Assembly (NCBI GenBank): GCA_902792795.1
Contig: CADBBB010000006.1
Coordinates: 22,200 to 86,199, forward strand
Length of the DNA stretch: 64,000 nucleotides
Direction: 5' to 3'
Source of the DNA: an uncultured Spirochaetaceae bacterium
GTDB lineage: Bacteria > Spirochaetota > Spirochaetia > Treponematales > Treponemataceae
Below the pieces are notes generated by a model, which had not been told where the DNA came from, did not search any database, and was given only the letters and a program-made list of their open reading frames with translations. Positions 38,403 to 48,210 of the stretch are shown one piece after another. How positions within the stretch are numbered: the first letter of the stretch is position 1; every line of letters begins with the position of its first letter. Made by a program: the position numbers and the translations under genes.

Positions 38403-38643
38403 AAAAAACACGGATTTTTTAGTTAACCCATTAAGGGCAAACATATAGATAGAAAAAATAAAACGCTCCCGGCGCAAAATGATTGCCAGCCCGCGAAAGC
38501 GGGCAGTTGAATAAACTTCAACTAGCAAAACGGCGGGCTTTGCCCGACGTAGTGTTTTCGCCAAACGCTCTTACGCCTCGCGCGTTTTAATTTTTTTAAA
38601 AAATGTTTGCCCTAATGTAAAACCAATTAAATCCGTGTTTTTT
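38403..38643. repeat. ~240-bp long imperfect inverted-repeat element (MITE-like) with nested three-hairpin insert
   Basis: AAAAAACACGGATTT...AAATCCGTGTTTTTT; AGGGCAAACAT...ATGTTTGCCCT; AAAACGC...GCGTTTT. Confidence 0.75.
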
Positions 38644-38782
38644 TATTGCAATGTGTTTGGAAGGTAAGCCGCGCTTGCGGACGATAAAAAAACGCGGAAG
38701 CGGAGTTCCGGCACGAAAAAAATTCTGCACAAGCGCAGCGCGGAAGCCTTTTTTCGGGACGGGTTTCCGCTGGGAGCGTTTT

Positions 38783-40048
38783 TTGTTATTGTCTACACAT
38801 TCGGCCGACCTTACAATCTTGTGCAAAGTCGTTGATAATTTTGGCGACATCGGCTTTGTCTACAGGCTGGCCAAAAATCTTGTTCAGTTGAATCCCCAGC
38901 GCGAAATCCGAATCGCCGTTGACAATTTGGCGGCCTTTAACAAAATCGAGTCCAGGGTTGACCCAAGCCTGGCGGAACAGGTTTTGGAAGTCGCCTGCGC
39001 GGATTCTTTGCAAGCCCAAGACTGCGCGGGCAAGGCGGGGAACGAAGGCAAGCCCAAGACTGCGGGCCGCCTAAAAATCTTTGACGCGACCAACGCCGCC
39101 GTTTGCGCGCGCGAATGGACAAAAAAGCCTGCCCGAGTGATTTTGGAATGCTTTCAGTGCGGCCGCCCCGACTGGCTGGAAGAGCTGCTGTTTGACGGTG
39201 TGACGGCGGGCGGGGATTGTCCGCAAGCCCAAGAAGCGCGCGCCCTAATCATAAACATTGACTACCTGACGGCTGAAGACTACGCCGAGGACTTTCACAA
39301 ATTAAAGAGCGGCACGCGAAGCCCCCTTGTTCGCAAAGTGAACTTTATGCCGGGCTTTACCGCAAAGACCGGCGGCTTGATACTGGACGCTGCGGCTGAG
39401 ACTGCTTCCAAACCCAAGAACGCGCCGGCCACTGAAAATGGATTCATAGCTAAAACTGCCGGGCCGCAAATCCTGATGTTCAGCTATCCCAAAGACTTTG
39501 CCCCGATAATCCGCGCGATATTGCGCTGGAACAAGGCCGCGCAAGTAAACTTGGCCCAGGGCGCCGGAAAGGAAAGTTTTTTGGCGGCCAACGAAAACTG
39601 TTTGCAAGACCAAAAGGCGGGCGGCATCTTTGTCCGCGAGCTTCCCTTTCTTTCGCAAGAGGAATGGGACAAAAACCTTTACGCGCAGGACATTCTTTTT
39701 GTTCGCGGAGAGGATTCGCTTAGCCGAGCCTGCCTTAGCGGAAAGCCCTTTGTTTGGCAGGCTTACTTGCAGGACGACAACTATCAGCTGGTAAAAGTCT
39801 GCGCCCTATTGGAGCGAATGCGGCCCCACTTTGACGCCGGCGATTTTTGCGCCGTCGAAAACTTTTGGCACTTATACAACGGCGCCCCCGGCTGCCAAGA
39901 CCCCTCCGCAATGGAAGCCGCCTGCTACGAATTTTTATCCCGCTATGACAACCTGCGCCCCGGCTTTGCCGCCTTTTCGCAAAGCTTGTTTGAGCTGGGG
40001 AATTTTTCGCAGAAGCTGGACGAGTTTGTGGCGGAGTGGGCGAACTAG
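38783..40048 (+). CDS. earP: EF-P arginine rhamnosyltransferase
   Basis: CKVVDNFGDIG, NIDYLTAE, FMPGFTAKTGGL, FVRGEDS, PFVWQAY; start uncertain (TTG 38783 after GGGAG). Confidence 0.9.
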   Translation: MLLSTHSADLTILCKVVDNFGDIGFVYRLAKNLVQLNPQREIRIAVDNLAAFNKIESRVDPSLAEQVLEVACADSLQAQDCAGKAGNEGKPKTAGRLKIFDATNAAVCAREWTKKPARVILECFQCGRPDWLEELLFDGVTAGGDCPQAQEARALIINIDYLTAEDYAEDFHKLKSGTRSPLVRKVNFMPGFTAKTGGLILDAAAETASKPKNAPATENGFIAKTAGPQILMFSYPKDFAPIIRAILRWNKAAQVNLAQGAGKESFLAANENCLQDQKAGGIFVRELPFLSQEEWDKNLYAQDILFVRGEDSLSRACLSGKPFVWQAYLQDDNYQLVKVCALLERMRPHFDAGDFCAVENFWHLYNGAPGCQDPSAMEAACYEFLSRYDNLRPGFAAFSQSLFELGNFSQKLDEFVAEWAN

Positions 40049-40091
40049 GAGACTATAAATTTATTTGAACTAGCGCTATAATAAGTTGGTT

Positions 40092-41168
40092 ATGGCAAAG
40101 CAAAAAAATCCATACGAAATAGATTTTGAAGAGTATATTCGCCACACGGACGCAAGCAAAAAAGAAAAAACGCTGGCTTGGTCTACAGCCATCGGTTTAC
40201 AGCAAGTGGATGGACTTACTCCGTCTTCGTATTTGTATGAAACCGCAAAACGCAATATCGAAGGCGACATTTCTTTTGACGAAGCAAAAAGACTTGTCGA
40301 TTCATATTATAAAAAAAAGACTGCGAGAAATACAGAAGAAGACGAACGAACGGAAGAAGCCGATAAAGTAGCTAGCCGAATCGCTCAAATTCTAAGCCAA
40401 CCGTCTTTTACTTTTGCCCCCTCGCAACTTATCGCCATTCATAAAGAACTCTTTAAAGGCTTATTTAAATTTGCCGGAAAGATTCGGGATTATGACATTA
40501 CAAAAAGAGAATGGGTTTTAAATGGCGACACAGTCATGTATGGAGCGGCGTACGAATTAAAAGACGCGCTTAATTATGATTTTGAGCGGGAAAGAGGCTT
40601 TAATTACACTGGCATTTCGGATGATGAAAAGATAAAGCATATATCGTTCTTTGTTTCCCGCTTGTGGCAGATTCATCCGTTTGGCGAAGGAAATACAAGA
40701 ACAACAGCGGTTTTTGTAATTAAGTATTTGCGTTCCATAGGCTTTAAAGCGGATAACGACATCTTTGCTCAAAACAGTTGGTATTTTAGGAACGCGCTGG
40801 TTCGCGCAAACTACACAAATGTTGAAAAGGGAATACAGGAAAACCCCATATATTTGGAACGATTCTTTAGAAACCTTTTGCTGAATGAACACAACGAATT
40901 GAAAAACAGATTCACTCATGTTGATTATGACGAGTACATGAAAAAAAGTTCACAGAAAAGTTCACAGAAAAGTTCACAGAAAATTATAGAGATGATAAAA
41001 CAAAATTCAGAGATTACCACTCAAGAAATGGCTGATAATTTAGGGATAACACGTAGAGCGGTGGCTAAATCAATTGCAAAATTACAAGAACAGGGCATTG
41101 TTTGCCGTGTAGGAGCAGACAAGGGCGGCCATTGGGAAGTCTTGAATAGGGAGGATGTCGATGGTTAA
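40092..41168 (+). CDS. Fic family protein with N-terminal VbhA-like helix and C-terminal wHTH
   Basis: HPFGEGNTRT Fic motif; AIGLQQVDG; KSSQ x3 linker; ITTQEMADNLGITRRAV...GGHWEV. Confidence 0.92.
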   Translation: MAKQKNPYEIDFEEYIRHTDASKKEKTLAWSTAIGLQQVDGLTPSSYLYETAKRNIEGDISFDEAKRLVDSYYKKKTARNTEEDERTEEADKVASRIAQILSQPSFTFAPSQLIAIHKELFKGLFKFAGKIRDYDITKREWVLNGDTVMYGAAYELKDALNYDFERERGFNYTGISDDEKIKHISFFVSRLWQIHPFGEGNTRTTAVFVIKYLRSIGFKADNDIFAQNSWYFRNALVRANYTNVEKGIQENPIYLERFFRNLLLNEHNELKNRFTHVDYDEYMKKSSQKSSQKSSQKIIEMIKQNSEITTQEMADNLGITRRAVAKSIAKLQEQGIVCRVGADKGGHWEVLNREDVDG

Positions 41169-41535
41169 GAAAAATTTTTTGTTCGCGCTGGCGGCGCTTG
41201 TGGCGATGGAGGCGAATGCTGTGGGATTTAAGACGCTTTCTATGGCGGAAGGAATTGAGATGGCCAAGGGCAATCCTAAGGCCGTGATTGTCGACGTTCG
41301 CCGCGATGACGAATACAAGGCCGGCCACATTCCCGGAGCGCTTCTTTTGACGCTGGAAAAAATCACAAAGGAAAGCGCCGCAAAAGTTTTGCCCGACAAA
41401 AGCCAGATGATTTTTATCTACTGCCGCAGCGGCCGCCGCAGCAAAATCGCCGCCAACAAACTGCTTGAACTAGGCTACACAAACCTAATCGAGTTTGGCG
41501 GCATCCTGGACTACACCGGCCCGGTGGAGAAGTGA
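41161..41535 (+). CDS. Rhodanese-like domain protein
   Basis: VDVRRDDEYKAGHIPGA, YCRSGRRS. Confidence 0.92.
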   Translation: MVKKNFLFALAALVAMEANAVGFKTLSMAEGIEMAKGNPKAVIVDVRRDDEYKAGHIPGALLLTLEKITKESAAKVLPDKSQMIFIYCRSGRRSKIAANKLLELGYTNLIEFGGILDYTGPVEK

Positions 41536-41559
41536 GTTTTAAAAATGACGGAAAAAAAA

Positions 41560-41601
41560 TCCCCCTAGCAAAAACCGCGTGATGCGATTTTTGCTAGGGG
41601 G
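41560..41601. terminator. Stem-loop between convergent genes
   Basis: CCCCCTAGCAAAAA...TTTTTGCTAGGGGG. Confidence 0.7.
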
Positions 41602-41615
41602 TAGCAACTAAGAAG

Positions 41616-42374
41616 TTATTCTACTATCGTTACAGGAATTTTGCTGTAGCCAGTTACAGCGGTTTTTAGTTGCATGGCGCCTCTTACTTGAGTTCTAACA
41701 GCAATAAAATATTGCTTTGCGATTTCCAAATCGCGAGGCAAATAGAATTCCAATGTTGTTGCGGAATTCTTTGTAATGAATTCATCTTGAACTTTTATCC
41801 AAGACTCTTCGTTTTTGTCAGCAGTTCCGTCTTCCAAAACAGGAATGAAGAAAATGCCGTTTGTCGGGCCGCCGACTTTAAGCTTTTTGCCTTTGATGCG
41901 GGCGCTAAAAGTTGCCTTTAACTTTCCGTTGCAAGAGTTGTCCACTGGATTTTCGATTTGAGAAATCTGCGGAGAGGAATCAACGACAGCCGTTACAGTT
42001 GCTGTGACAGTCTTCAACTTTTCCTTTAGGCCGTCATTAACAGCGAAGCGCGCTTCAAAGCCTGTGACTGTCTCTGCCTCTGGAGTGAGCGACTGCACCG
42101 AACTGAGCGGAGCGATGTAAAGCTTGCAGATATCCATGATGTCCACAGCAAAGCCAAGTTCCGCTTGCTCTAAGATTTCTTTTTTTAGAAGCTCCATCGC
42201 ATGGCCGACCTGATAGCGGTCAATGCCAACATTATGGGCTGTGACCAAATCTAAAAGTTGGTCTGTGGAAATTGTTCTTCGGGGAACTCTTGCAATATAA
42301 GTGTTCTCCTTTAACGCGCATGGCGTTAGTGTAACCGCGAAATTTGTTTCGCGATTTGAATTAATTGTAACCAT
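41616..42374 (-). CDS. HU-like DNA-binding domain plus DUF4469 Ig-like protein
   Basis: N-terminal HU-CCDC81-like pattern; C-terminal P.I...IKGKKLKVGG..GIFFI...N....LEFYLP..L....Y.IAVRTQ. Confidence 0.7.
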   Translation of the reverse strand: MVTINSNRETNFAVTLTPCALKENTYIARVPRRTISTDQLLDLVTAHNVGIDRYQVGHAMELLKKEILEQAELGFAVDIMDICKLYIAPLSSVQSLTPEAETVTGFEARFAVNDGLKEKLKTVTATVTAVVDSSPQISQIENPVDNSCNGKLKATFSARIKGKKLKVGGPTNGIFFIPVLEDGTADKNEESWIKVQDEFITKNSATTLEFYLPRDLEIAKQYFIAVRTQVRGAMQLKTAVTGYSKIPVTIVE

Positions 42375-42713
42375 AAAGTTACTCCTTGTTAAGGCTGTGA
42401 ATAAAACAAAATGACAGCCTTTTGATTTTTAAAGCGCCAAAAGTCTTTTGCAACGCAAGTCTCTTTTGGTCGCATAAGAAAAAGCGAAGTTTTTGAATGC
42501 GAAAATTTACAGTTATTAAGAAATGAAAATTTGCTGTTTATAAGTTCGCGTTACGGAAAGCTTTTTCTTATATAAATAATAAATTTGGAGTAATAATATT
42601 TCAGAAAAAATAAGTAAATTATTTAACCCTCTTTTTGCGTGGAAAATAGACTGTAAATATTTGCGGAAGTGTGGTATAATGAAGTAAATTGTAATACACG
42701 GAGTTTTGAATAA

Positions 42714-44348
42714 ATGGCAAAAGTAAAAACAAAGACAAACTCACCGTTAAATATTGATGATGTTCTTTTTAAATGTAGGGACATCCTTCGTAACGCAAAA
42801 AATTCAGGTTCATTTTTTGAAAAGCGAGACATGATGCTCACTCTTGTTTTTCTCCGTTTTATTGGAGAAAAATTTGATGACGGAATAGAAAAGCTTAAAG
42901 CCCAGCTCGTTGAACGCGGAATGGATATAAACGACCCGAATGTTAAGGCCGCATTCATCGATGACCCAACGTTTACAGACGGCACTTTTTTTCTGCCGGA
43001 AGAATCCCGCTGGAGCACAATCATCAATACTTCTGCAAGCGGATTGAATGTTGCTCTTGATACAGCTCTCCGCAGTCTTTCTAATACGAGTGAGCAGCTT
43101 AAAGGCTGTTTTGTTGAAGGTACTTTTACAACAAGAAATCTTGCACCAAATGACATTAAGCAGATTGTTGATGAAGTAACAAAGATTACCCACAAGCAGT
43201 TTGGAACACAAAGAGATTTAATCGGTTATGTCTATGAATACTTCCTTAAAGAATTTGCAGTAAACGCTACAAAAGAAGATGGGGAATTTTATACACCACA
43301 TGATGTAGTTGAATTGATTGCAAGCTTTATCCAGCCGTTTGACGGAACTTTGTATGACCCTTGTTGTGGTTCTGGCGGCATGTTTGTTCAAAGCGCCGCT
43401 TTAATTGAAGCCAAGAAAGGTGACATCTCAAGAATTAATGTATATGGACAGGAAAAAGAACCTGCCACATATCGACTTGCAAAAATGAATTTGGCTCTAA
43501 GAGGAATCAGTCATAATCTTGGAAAAGAAGCAGAAAACACATTCCGACTTGATTTGCACAAAGGAATTTCATTTGATTACATTATGGCAAACCCACCGTT
43601 TAATCTTAAGGGGTGGTTTGATTCAGATACAATGAATACAAATGATAGCCGTTGGGTTGATTATGCCCTCCCTCCAGAAAGCAATGCAAACTATGCCTGG
43701 ATTTTACATATACTCAGTCATTTAAAACCGAATGAAGGTATTGCAGGATTCCTTCTTGCAAACGGCTCTTTAGGCGATGCAGAGGGAACAGCTCCTGTTA
43801 TCAGACAAAAATTAATAGAGAATGACAAAGTTGAAGCAATTATTGTTCTTCCTCGAGAATTATTTATTACTACTGATATCAGCGTAACTTTGTGGATTTT
43901 GAATAACAATAAAAAAGGTGGAAAAACACAAGACAGAAATCTTCGCAATCGTTCTAAAGAAATTCTCTTTATGGATTTAAGAAGCTGGACAGGAGATGAA
44001 TGGAACAACGCTGTAAAGAATATGCAGAAGAAGAAATTTGCTCTTACATCTGTACAAATTTCAAAAGCAGCTGAGATTTATCATAAATGGCAGGAAGAAG
44101 GAACAGATGGTAGGAACTACACAGAGCCAGAGCTTTACAAAAGCGTAAATTTTGAAACAATCAAAGAAAATAACTTCTCTTTAGTTCCGAGCCGTTACAT
44201 TGAGTTTGTGGATAGGGATACAAATATTGATTATGACGCAACTCTAAAAGAAACAAGCAAAGCAGTCAGTGAACTTTTAAAAGCCCATGAATTCAATACT
44301 GTAAAAATCAAAGAAGCATTTGAAGGACTTGGTTATGGCTGTAAGTAA
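42714..44348 (+). CDS. hsdM: Type I R-M methyltransferase subunit
   Basis: GEFYTP, YDPCCGSGGM, ANPPF (N6-adenine). Confidence 0.96.
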   Translation: MAKVKTKTNSPLNIDDVLFKCRDILRNAKNSGSFFEKRDMMLTLVFLRFIGEKFDDGIEKLKAQLVERGMDINDPNVKAAFIDDPTFTDGTFFLPEESRWSTIINTSASGLNVALDTALRSLSNTSEQLKGCFVEGTFTTRNLAPNDIKQIVDEVTKITHKQFGTQRDLIGYVYEYFLKEFAVNATKEDGEFYTPHDVVELIASFIQPFDGTLYDPCCGSGGMFVQSAALIEAKKGDISRINVYGQEKEPATYRLAKMNLALRGISHNLGKEAENTFRLDLHKGISFDYIMANPPFNLKGWFDSDTMNTNDSRWVDYALPPESNANYAWILHILSHLKPNEGIAGFLLANGSLGDAEGTAPVIRQKLIENDKVEAIIVLPRELFITTDISVTLWILNNNKKGGKTQDRNLRNRSKEILFMDLRSWTGDEWNNAVKNMQKKKFALTSVQISKAAEIYHKWQEEGTDGRNYTEPELYKSVNFETIKENNFSLVPSRYIEFVDRDTNIDYDATLKETSKAVSELLKAHEFNTVKIKEAFEGLGYGCK

Positions 44349-45465
44349 GATAGAGAATGCACCAATGGTAGAATTGGGTGAATTAATAGAAATTTGCGAT
44401 ACTCGAAATACTGATAAAAAGTACGGAATAGACGATGTATGTGGTATGACTATCGAAAAAGAAATTATTCCAACAAAAGCAGACGTAAAAGACACTGATT
44501 TATCAAAATTTTATATAGTTCAGTCACAAGAATTTGTATATAACCCAAGAACGCATGGTAGAAAAATTGGATTAGGATTTAATAATTCTAACAAACCAAT
44601 TTTAATAAGTTGGAACAATACAGCCTTCAAAGTAAAAGAAATAAATCGTGTTATTCCTACATATCTCTATATGATTTTTACTCGCGACGAATGGGATAGA
44701 GAAGCATGTTTTAATTCTTGGGGATCTTCTACAGTTGTTTTTGCGTGGGAAGATTTCTGTAAAATGAAAATCCCTTTGCCATCAATTGAAACACAACGAA
44801 AACTTGTTGCAGTTTACAACGGCCTAAAAGAACTTGCAGAAGAAAACGAAAAACTTCTGGAACCACTTTTAAAAAGTTGCGAAGCATTCATCGTAGATTG
44901 CAAGAAGAAGTACACGAAAATTCGTTTGGGCAATTTAATTGCAATAGATGAAAAAATTAATTCAGAAAATCGAGACTTAGAATTTTTAGGTATTAATCGA
45001 GATAAAAGTTTTATGCCTTCCGTGGCAACTACAGAAGGTCTTGATAGGTCAAAATACAAAGTAATTTCAAAAGGAAAATTTGTATTTTCAGGCATGCAAA
45101 CTGGTCGCGATGTATGTATTCGGTTCGGGCTTTATAATGAAACTGTAGATGGATTGGTATCACCAGCCTATACAACATATTCTGTAGTAGACAAAAACAT
45201 TCTCCCTGAATATTTAATGATGAATTTTAAGCGTGCGGAAATGGATAGGCTAGGTTGGTTTCTTAGCGATTCCAGTATACGCTCAAATCTTGACTTTGAT
45301 AGATTTCATGATATTCAGATATCTATACCACCAATCTATATTCAGCAGAAAATCGTAGACCTCTACAACTGCTACGAAGAATGTAAACGCATCGCAAACG
45401 AAGCCCGCGAGAAAATAAACAATCTTTGTCCAGCTCTGGTTCAGAAGGCTGCACATACATATTAA
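44335..45465 (+). CDS. hsdS: Type I R-M specificity subunit
   Basis: Two TRD-like halves each followed by IPLPSIETQRKLV / ISIPPIYIQQKIV conserved regions. Confidence 0.92.
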   Translation: MAVSKIENAPMVELGELIEICDTRNTDKKYGIDDVCGMTIEKEIIPTKADVKDTDLSKFYIVQSQEFVYNPRTHGRKIGLGFNNSNKPILISWNNTAFKVKEINRVIPTYLYMIFTRDEWDREACFNSWGSSTVVFAWEDFCKMKIPLPSIETQRKLVAVYNGLKELAEENEKLLEPLLKSCEAFIVDCKKKYTKIRLGNLIAIDEKINSENRDLEFLGINRDKSFMPSVATTEGLDRSKYKVISKGKFVFSGMQTGRDVCIRFGLYNETVDGLVSPAYTTYSVVDKNILPEYLMMNFKRAEMDRLGWFLSDSSIRSNLDFDRFHDIQISIPPIYIQQKIVDLYNCYEECKRIANEAREKINNLCPALVQKAAHTY

Positions 45466-45482
45466 AAAAGGTGAGGGATGAA

Positions 45483-47090
45483 ATGATATACATAAAATCA
45501 GTTCATGTTGAGAATTATAAATGCTTCGAAAAGCTTGATATAGATTTCAATAAAAATGTAAATATCATTGTTGGAAGTAATGAAGCTGGAAAAAGTACAA
45601 TTCTTGAAGCAATAAATTTATGTCTATCAGGACTTATAAATAATAGATACCTTAGAAATGAACTGAACGAGTATTTCTTTAATACAAATGTTGTAAAACA
45701 ATTTTTAGAAGATTCAAATTTACCACCACCAAGATTTTTAATTGAAGTATATTTAGATTCAGACGAACCTGCAACAAATAAAGACTTAGAGATTCTAAAA
45801 GGCTCTATGAATTCAAGAAAAGAAAATTCCGCAGGAATAAAGCTTGAAATTTGTTTTGATGATAAATATCAGAAAGAATACACCATTTATAAGCAAACTA
45901 GTGACAAAAATTCTTTCCCAATTGAATATTATAAAATCGTTTGGAGCAGTTTTGCTAAAGATGAAGTATCTACAAGATCAATTCCTTTAAAGCCGAATGT
46001 TATTGATGCATCTGGTGCAAAGTACAAAAATGGTTCTGATTATTATATTTCAAAAATTATATCAAATCAGTTGTCATCTGAAGATATCGTAGAATTAACA
46101 CAATCAATCAGAGGTCTGAAAGAAAAATTTAAGGATGAACCTGCATTAAAGAAAGTTAACGATAAAATTGCTGAATGTGATAAAATTTCTAAAAAACAAG
46201 TTTCTGTTTCTGTAAATACAACTGAGATAAATGCTTGGGAAAATCTCTTAAACACTTATATTGATAATATACCGTTTACACAGATTGGTCAGGGCGAAAA
46301 AAGCATAATAAAAACGAATCTTGCTTTATCCATATTAAGAGAAAATATTGATAATGTTGTTCTTATTGAAGAACCTGAAAATCATTTATCATATTCAAAT
46401 CTAAATGGATTACTAAAAACAATTGAAGATAATAACTCTGAAAGGCAAGTTATTATTACAACGCATAGCAGTTTCGTTGCAAATAAACTTGGCCTTCAAA
46501 ATCTTCTTTTTATAAATGAAAAAAAAGTCTCATATTTTAAAGAAGTTGATGAAGACACCCAGAGGTATTTCAAAAAATTAGCAGGCTTTGAAACTTTAAG
46601 AGTAATTCTTTCAAACAAATCAATTTTAGTTGAAGGACCTTCAGATGAATTAATTGTACAAAAAGCATATCAAAAAACTCATGATAATCATTTACCAATT
46701 GAGGATGGTATTGATGTCATTTCCGTCAAAGGTATTCAAGCAAGAAGATTTATCAAGCTTGCAAAAGATTTACCTATGAAAATTGCTGTCGTGACAGATA
46801 ATGATGGCGATTATGCCAATAATATTACGGAAAGATATAAAGATTACGTGTCAGATAATATACGTGTTTTTTCTAATACCAATGATGATCAAAATACATT
46901 GGAACCAAGTTTTACAGCCTGTAATGACGAAACGGCTTTGAAGACTTTTTTGGGATATACTGGAGAAAAATCTGTTTCTGATTTTATGCAGACATGTAAA
47001 TCAGAATGGGCATATAAAATTTTCTATCAAGAGAATGACTTTAAATTCCCTGATTATATTAACGATTGCATACAATGGATAAGTCAATGA
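45483..47090 (+). CDS. OLD-family ABC ATPase-TOPRIM nuclease (Gabija GajA-like)
   Basis: GSNEAGKST, IEEPENHL, TTHS, LVEGPSD, VTDND. Confidence 0.88.
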   Translation: MIYIKSVHVENYKCFEKLDIDFNKNVNIIVGSNEAGKSTILEAINLCLSGLINNRYLRNELNEYFFNTNVVKQFLEDSNLPPPRFLIEVYLDSDEPATNKDLEILKGSMNSRKENSAGIKLEICFDDKYQKEYTIYKQTSDKNSFPIEYYKIVWSSFAKDEVSTRSIPLKPNVIDASGAKYKNGSDYYISKIISNQLSSEDIVELTQSIRGLKEKFKDEPALKKVNDKIAECDKISKKQVSVSVNTTEINAWENLLNTYIDNIPFTQIGQGEKSIIKTNLALSILRENIDNVVLIEEPENHLSYSNLNGLLKTIEDNNSERQVIITTHSSFVANKLGLQNLLFINEKKVSYFKEVDEDTQRYFKKLAGFETLRVILSNKSILVEGPSDELIVQKAYQKTHDNHLPIEDGIDVISVKGIQARRFIKLAKDLPMKIAVVTDNDGDYANNITERYKDYVSDNIRVFSNTNDDQNTLEPSFTACNDETALKTFLGYTGEKSVSDFMQTCKSEWAYKIFYQENDFKFPDYINDCIQWISQ

Positions 47091-48196
47091 GTAACATAGT
47101 TTATATAGCTGCTGCTGGTTCTGGTAAAACAACATTACTCGTAAAAAAGGCTTGTGAAATAAAAAGTCCTGAAAACGTATTAATTCTGACTTATACAGAT
47201 TCAAATGAAAACGAGATTCGCAATAAATTTCATAAAATACAAGGTTTTATTCCACAGAATGTTTGCATACAAACATGGTTTTCGTTTTTATTTCAATTTT
47301 ATATTAGACCATATCAAAATTATCTTACAAATGATGATTTTGATATAAAGGGGTTGATTATTTCTACAAATAATTCTACAGCAACGACAAGACGTACTGC
47401 TAGGAGCGATTGGAAACATTATTATTTTACAAAAGAAAATAGGGCTCTCGGAGAAAAATTAAGTGAATTGGCTTTGGATTGTAACGAAAAATCAGGCAAT
47501 TTACCTTTAACTAGACTTACAAATATCTTTGAACATATCTATGTAGATGAAGTTCAAGATTTAGCAGGATATGACTTAGATTTGTTAAAACAATTATTTC
47601 TATCAAAGAGTAATATCAGTTTAGCTGGGGATCCAAGACAAACGACATATTTAACAAATCATAATGGAAGAAAAAATATTAGTTTTCGTGATGGAAAAAT
47701 CATTGATTATTTGAAATCCCAGAATGAATTAAAAGATAAATTTACTGTTGATTTTGATACATTAAATAAGTCATGGCGATGCTGCCAAGAAATCTGTGAT
47801 TTTGCATCTAACATATCAAATAATTTTCCTCGAACTCTTTCAAGAAATGAAGCTATAGTTTCGGTTAAAGGAGTTTATTTGATTAAACCAGAAGATAAAG
47901 AAAGATTTATGAGAATCTATCCAAACATGATTCAACTTAGATGGAATATTAAAAACAAGGATATTATTCATGGATTAAAATGTATGAATTTTGGTGAATC
48001 AAAAGGTCTGACATTTGATGGAGTTCTTATTTATCCAACAAAGGATATGAAAGATTGGATTGAGAACCATGATAAAGAGCTTGCATTTGCTACACGATGT
48101 AAGTTTTATGTTGCTGTTACTCGCGCAAAATATGTTGTTGGAATTGTTTGGGATAAAAAAACATGTTCTGCTTCTGATATAAAATTTTGGAAATAA
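47087..48196 (+). CDS. Short UvrD-like helicase (Gabija GajB-like)
   Basis: AAAGSGKTT, VDEVQD, GDPRQ, SKGLTFD, YVAVTRAK; ATGA overlap with the OLD gene. Confidence 0.88.
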   Translation: MSNIVYIAAAGSGKTTLLVKKACEIKSPENVLILTYTDSNENEIRNKFHKIQGFIPQNVCIQTWFSFLFQFYIRPYQNYLTNDDFDIKGLIISTNNSTATTRRTARSDWKHYYFTKENRALGEKLSELALDCNEKSGNLPLTRLTNIFEHIYVDEVQDLAGYDLDLLKQLFLSKSNISLAGDPRQTTYLTNHNGRKNISFRDGKIIDYLKSQNELKDKFTVDFDTLNKSWRCCQEICDFASNISNNFPRTLSRNEAIVSVKGVYLIKPEDKERFMRIYPNMIQLRWNIKNKDIIHGLKCMNFGESKGLTFDGVLIYPTKDMKDWIENHDKELAFATRCKFYVAVTRAKYVVGIVWDKKTCSASDIKFWK

Positions 48197-48210
48197 TATG
48201 GAGATATAAA

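Noticed and set aside
44335-45465. Phase-variable hsdS (shufflon or repeat tract)
   Set aside because: Single hsdS, no recombinase, and no inverted repeats or simple-sequence tract seen.
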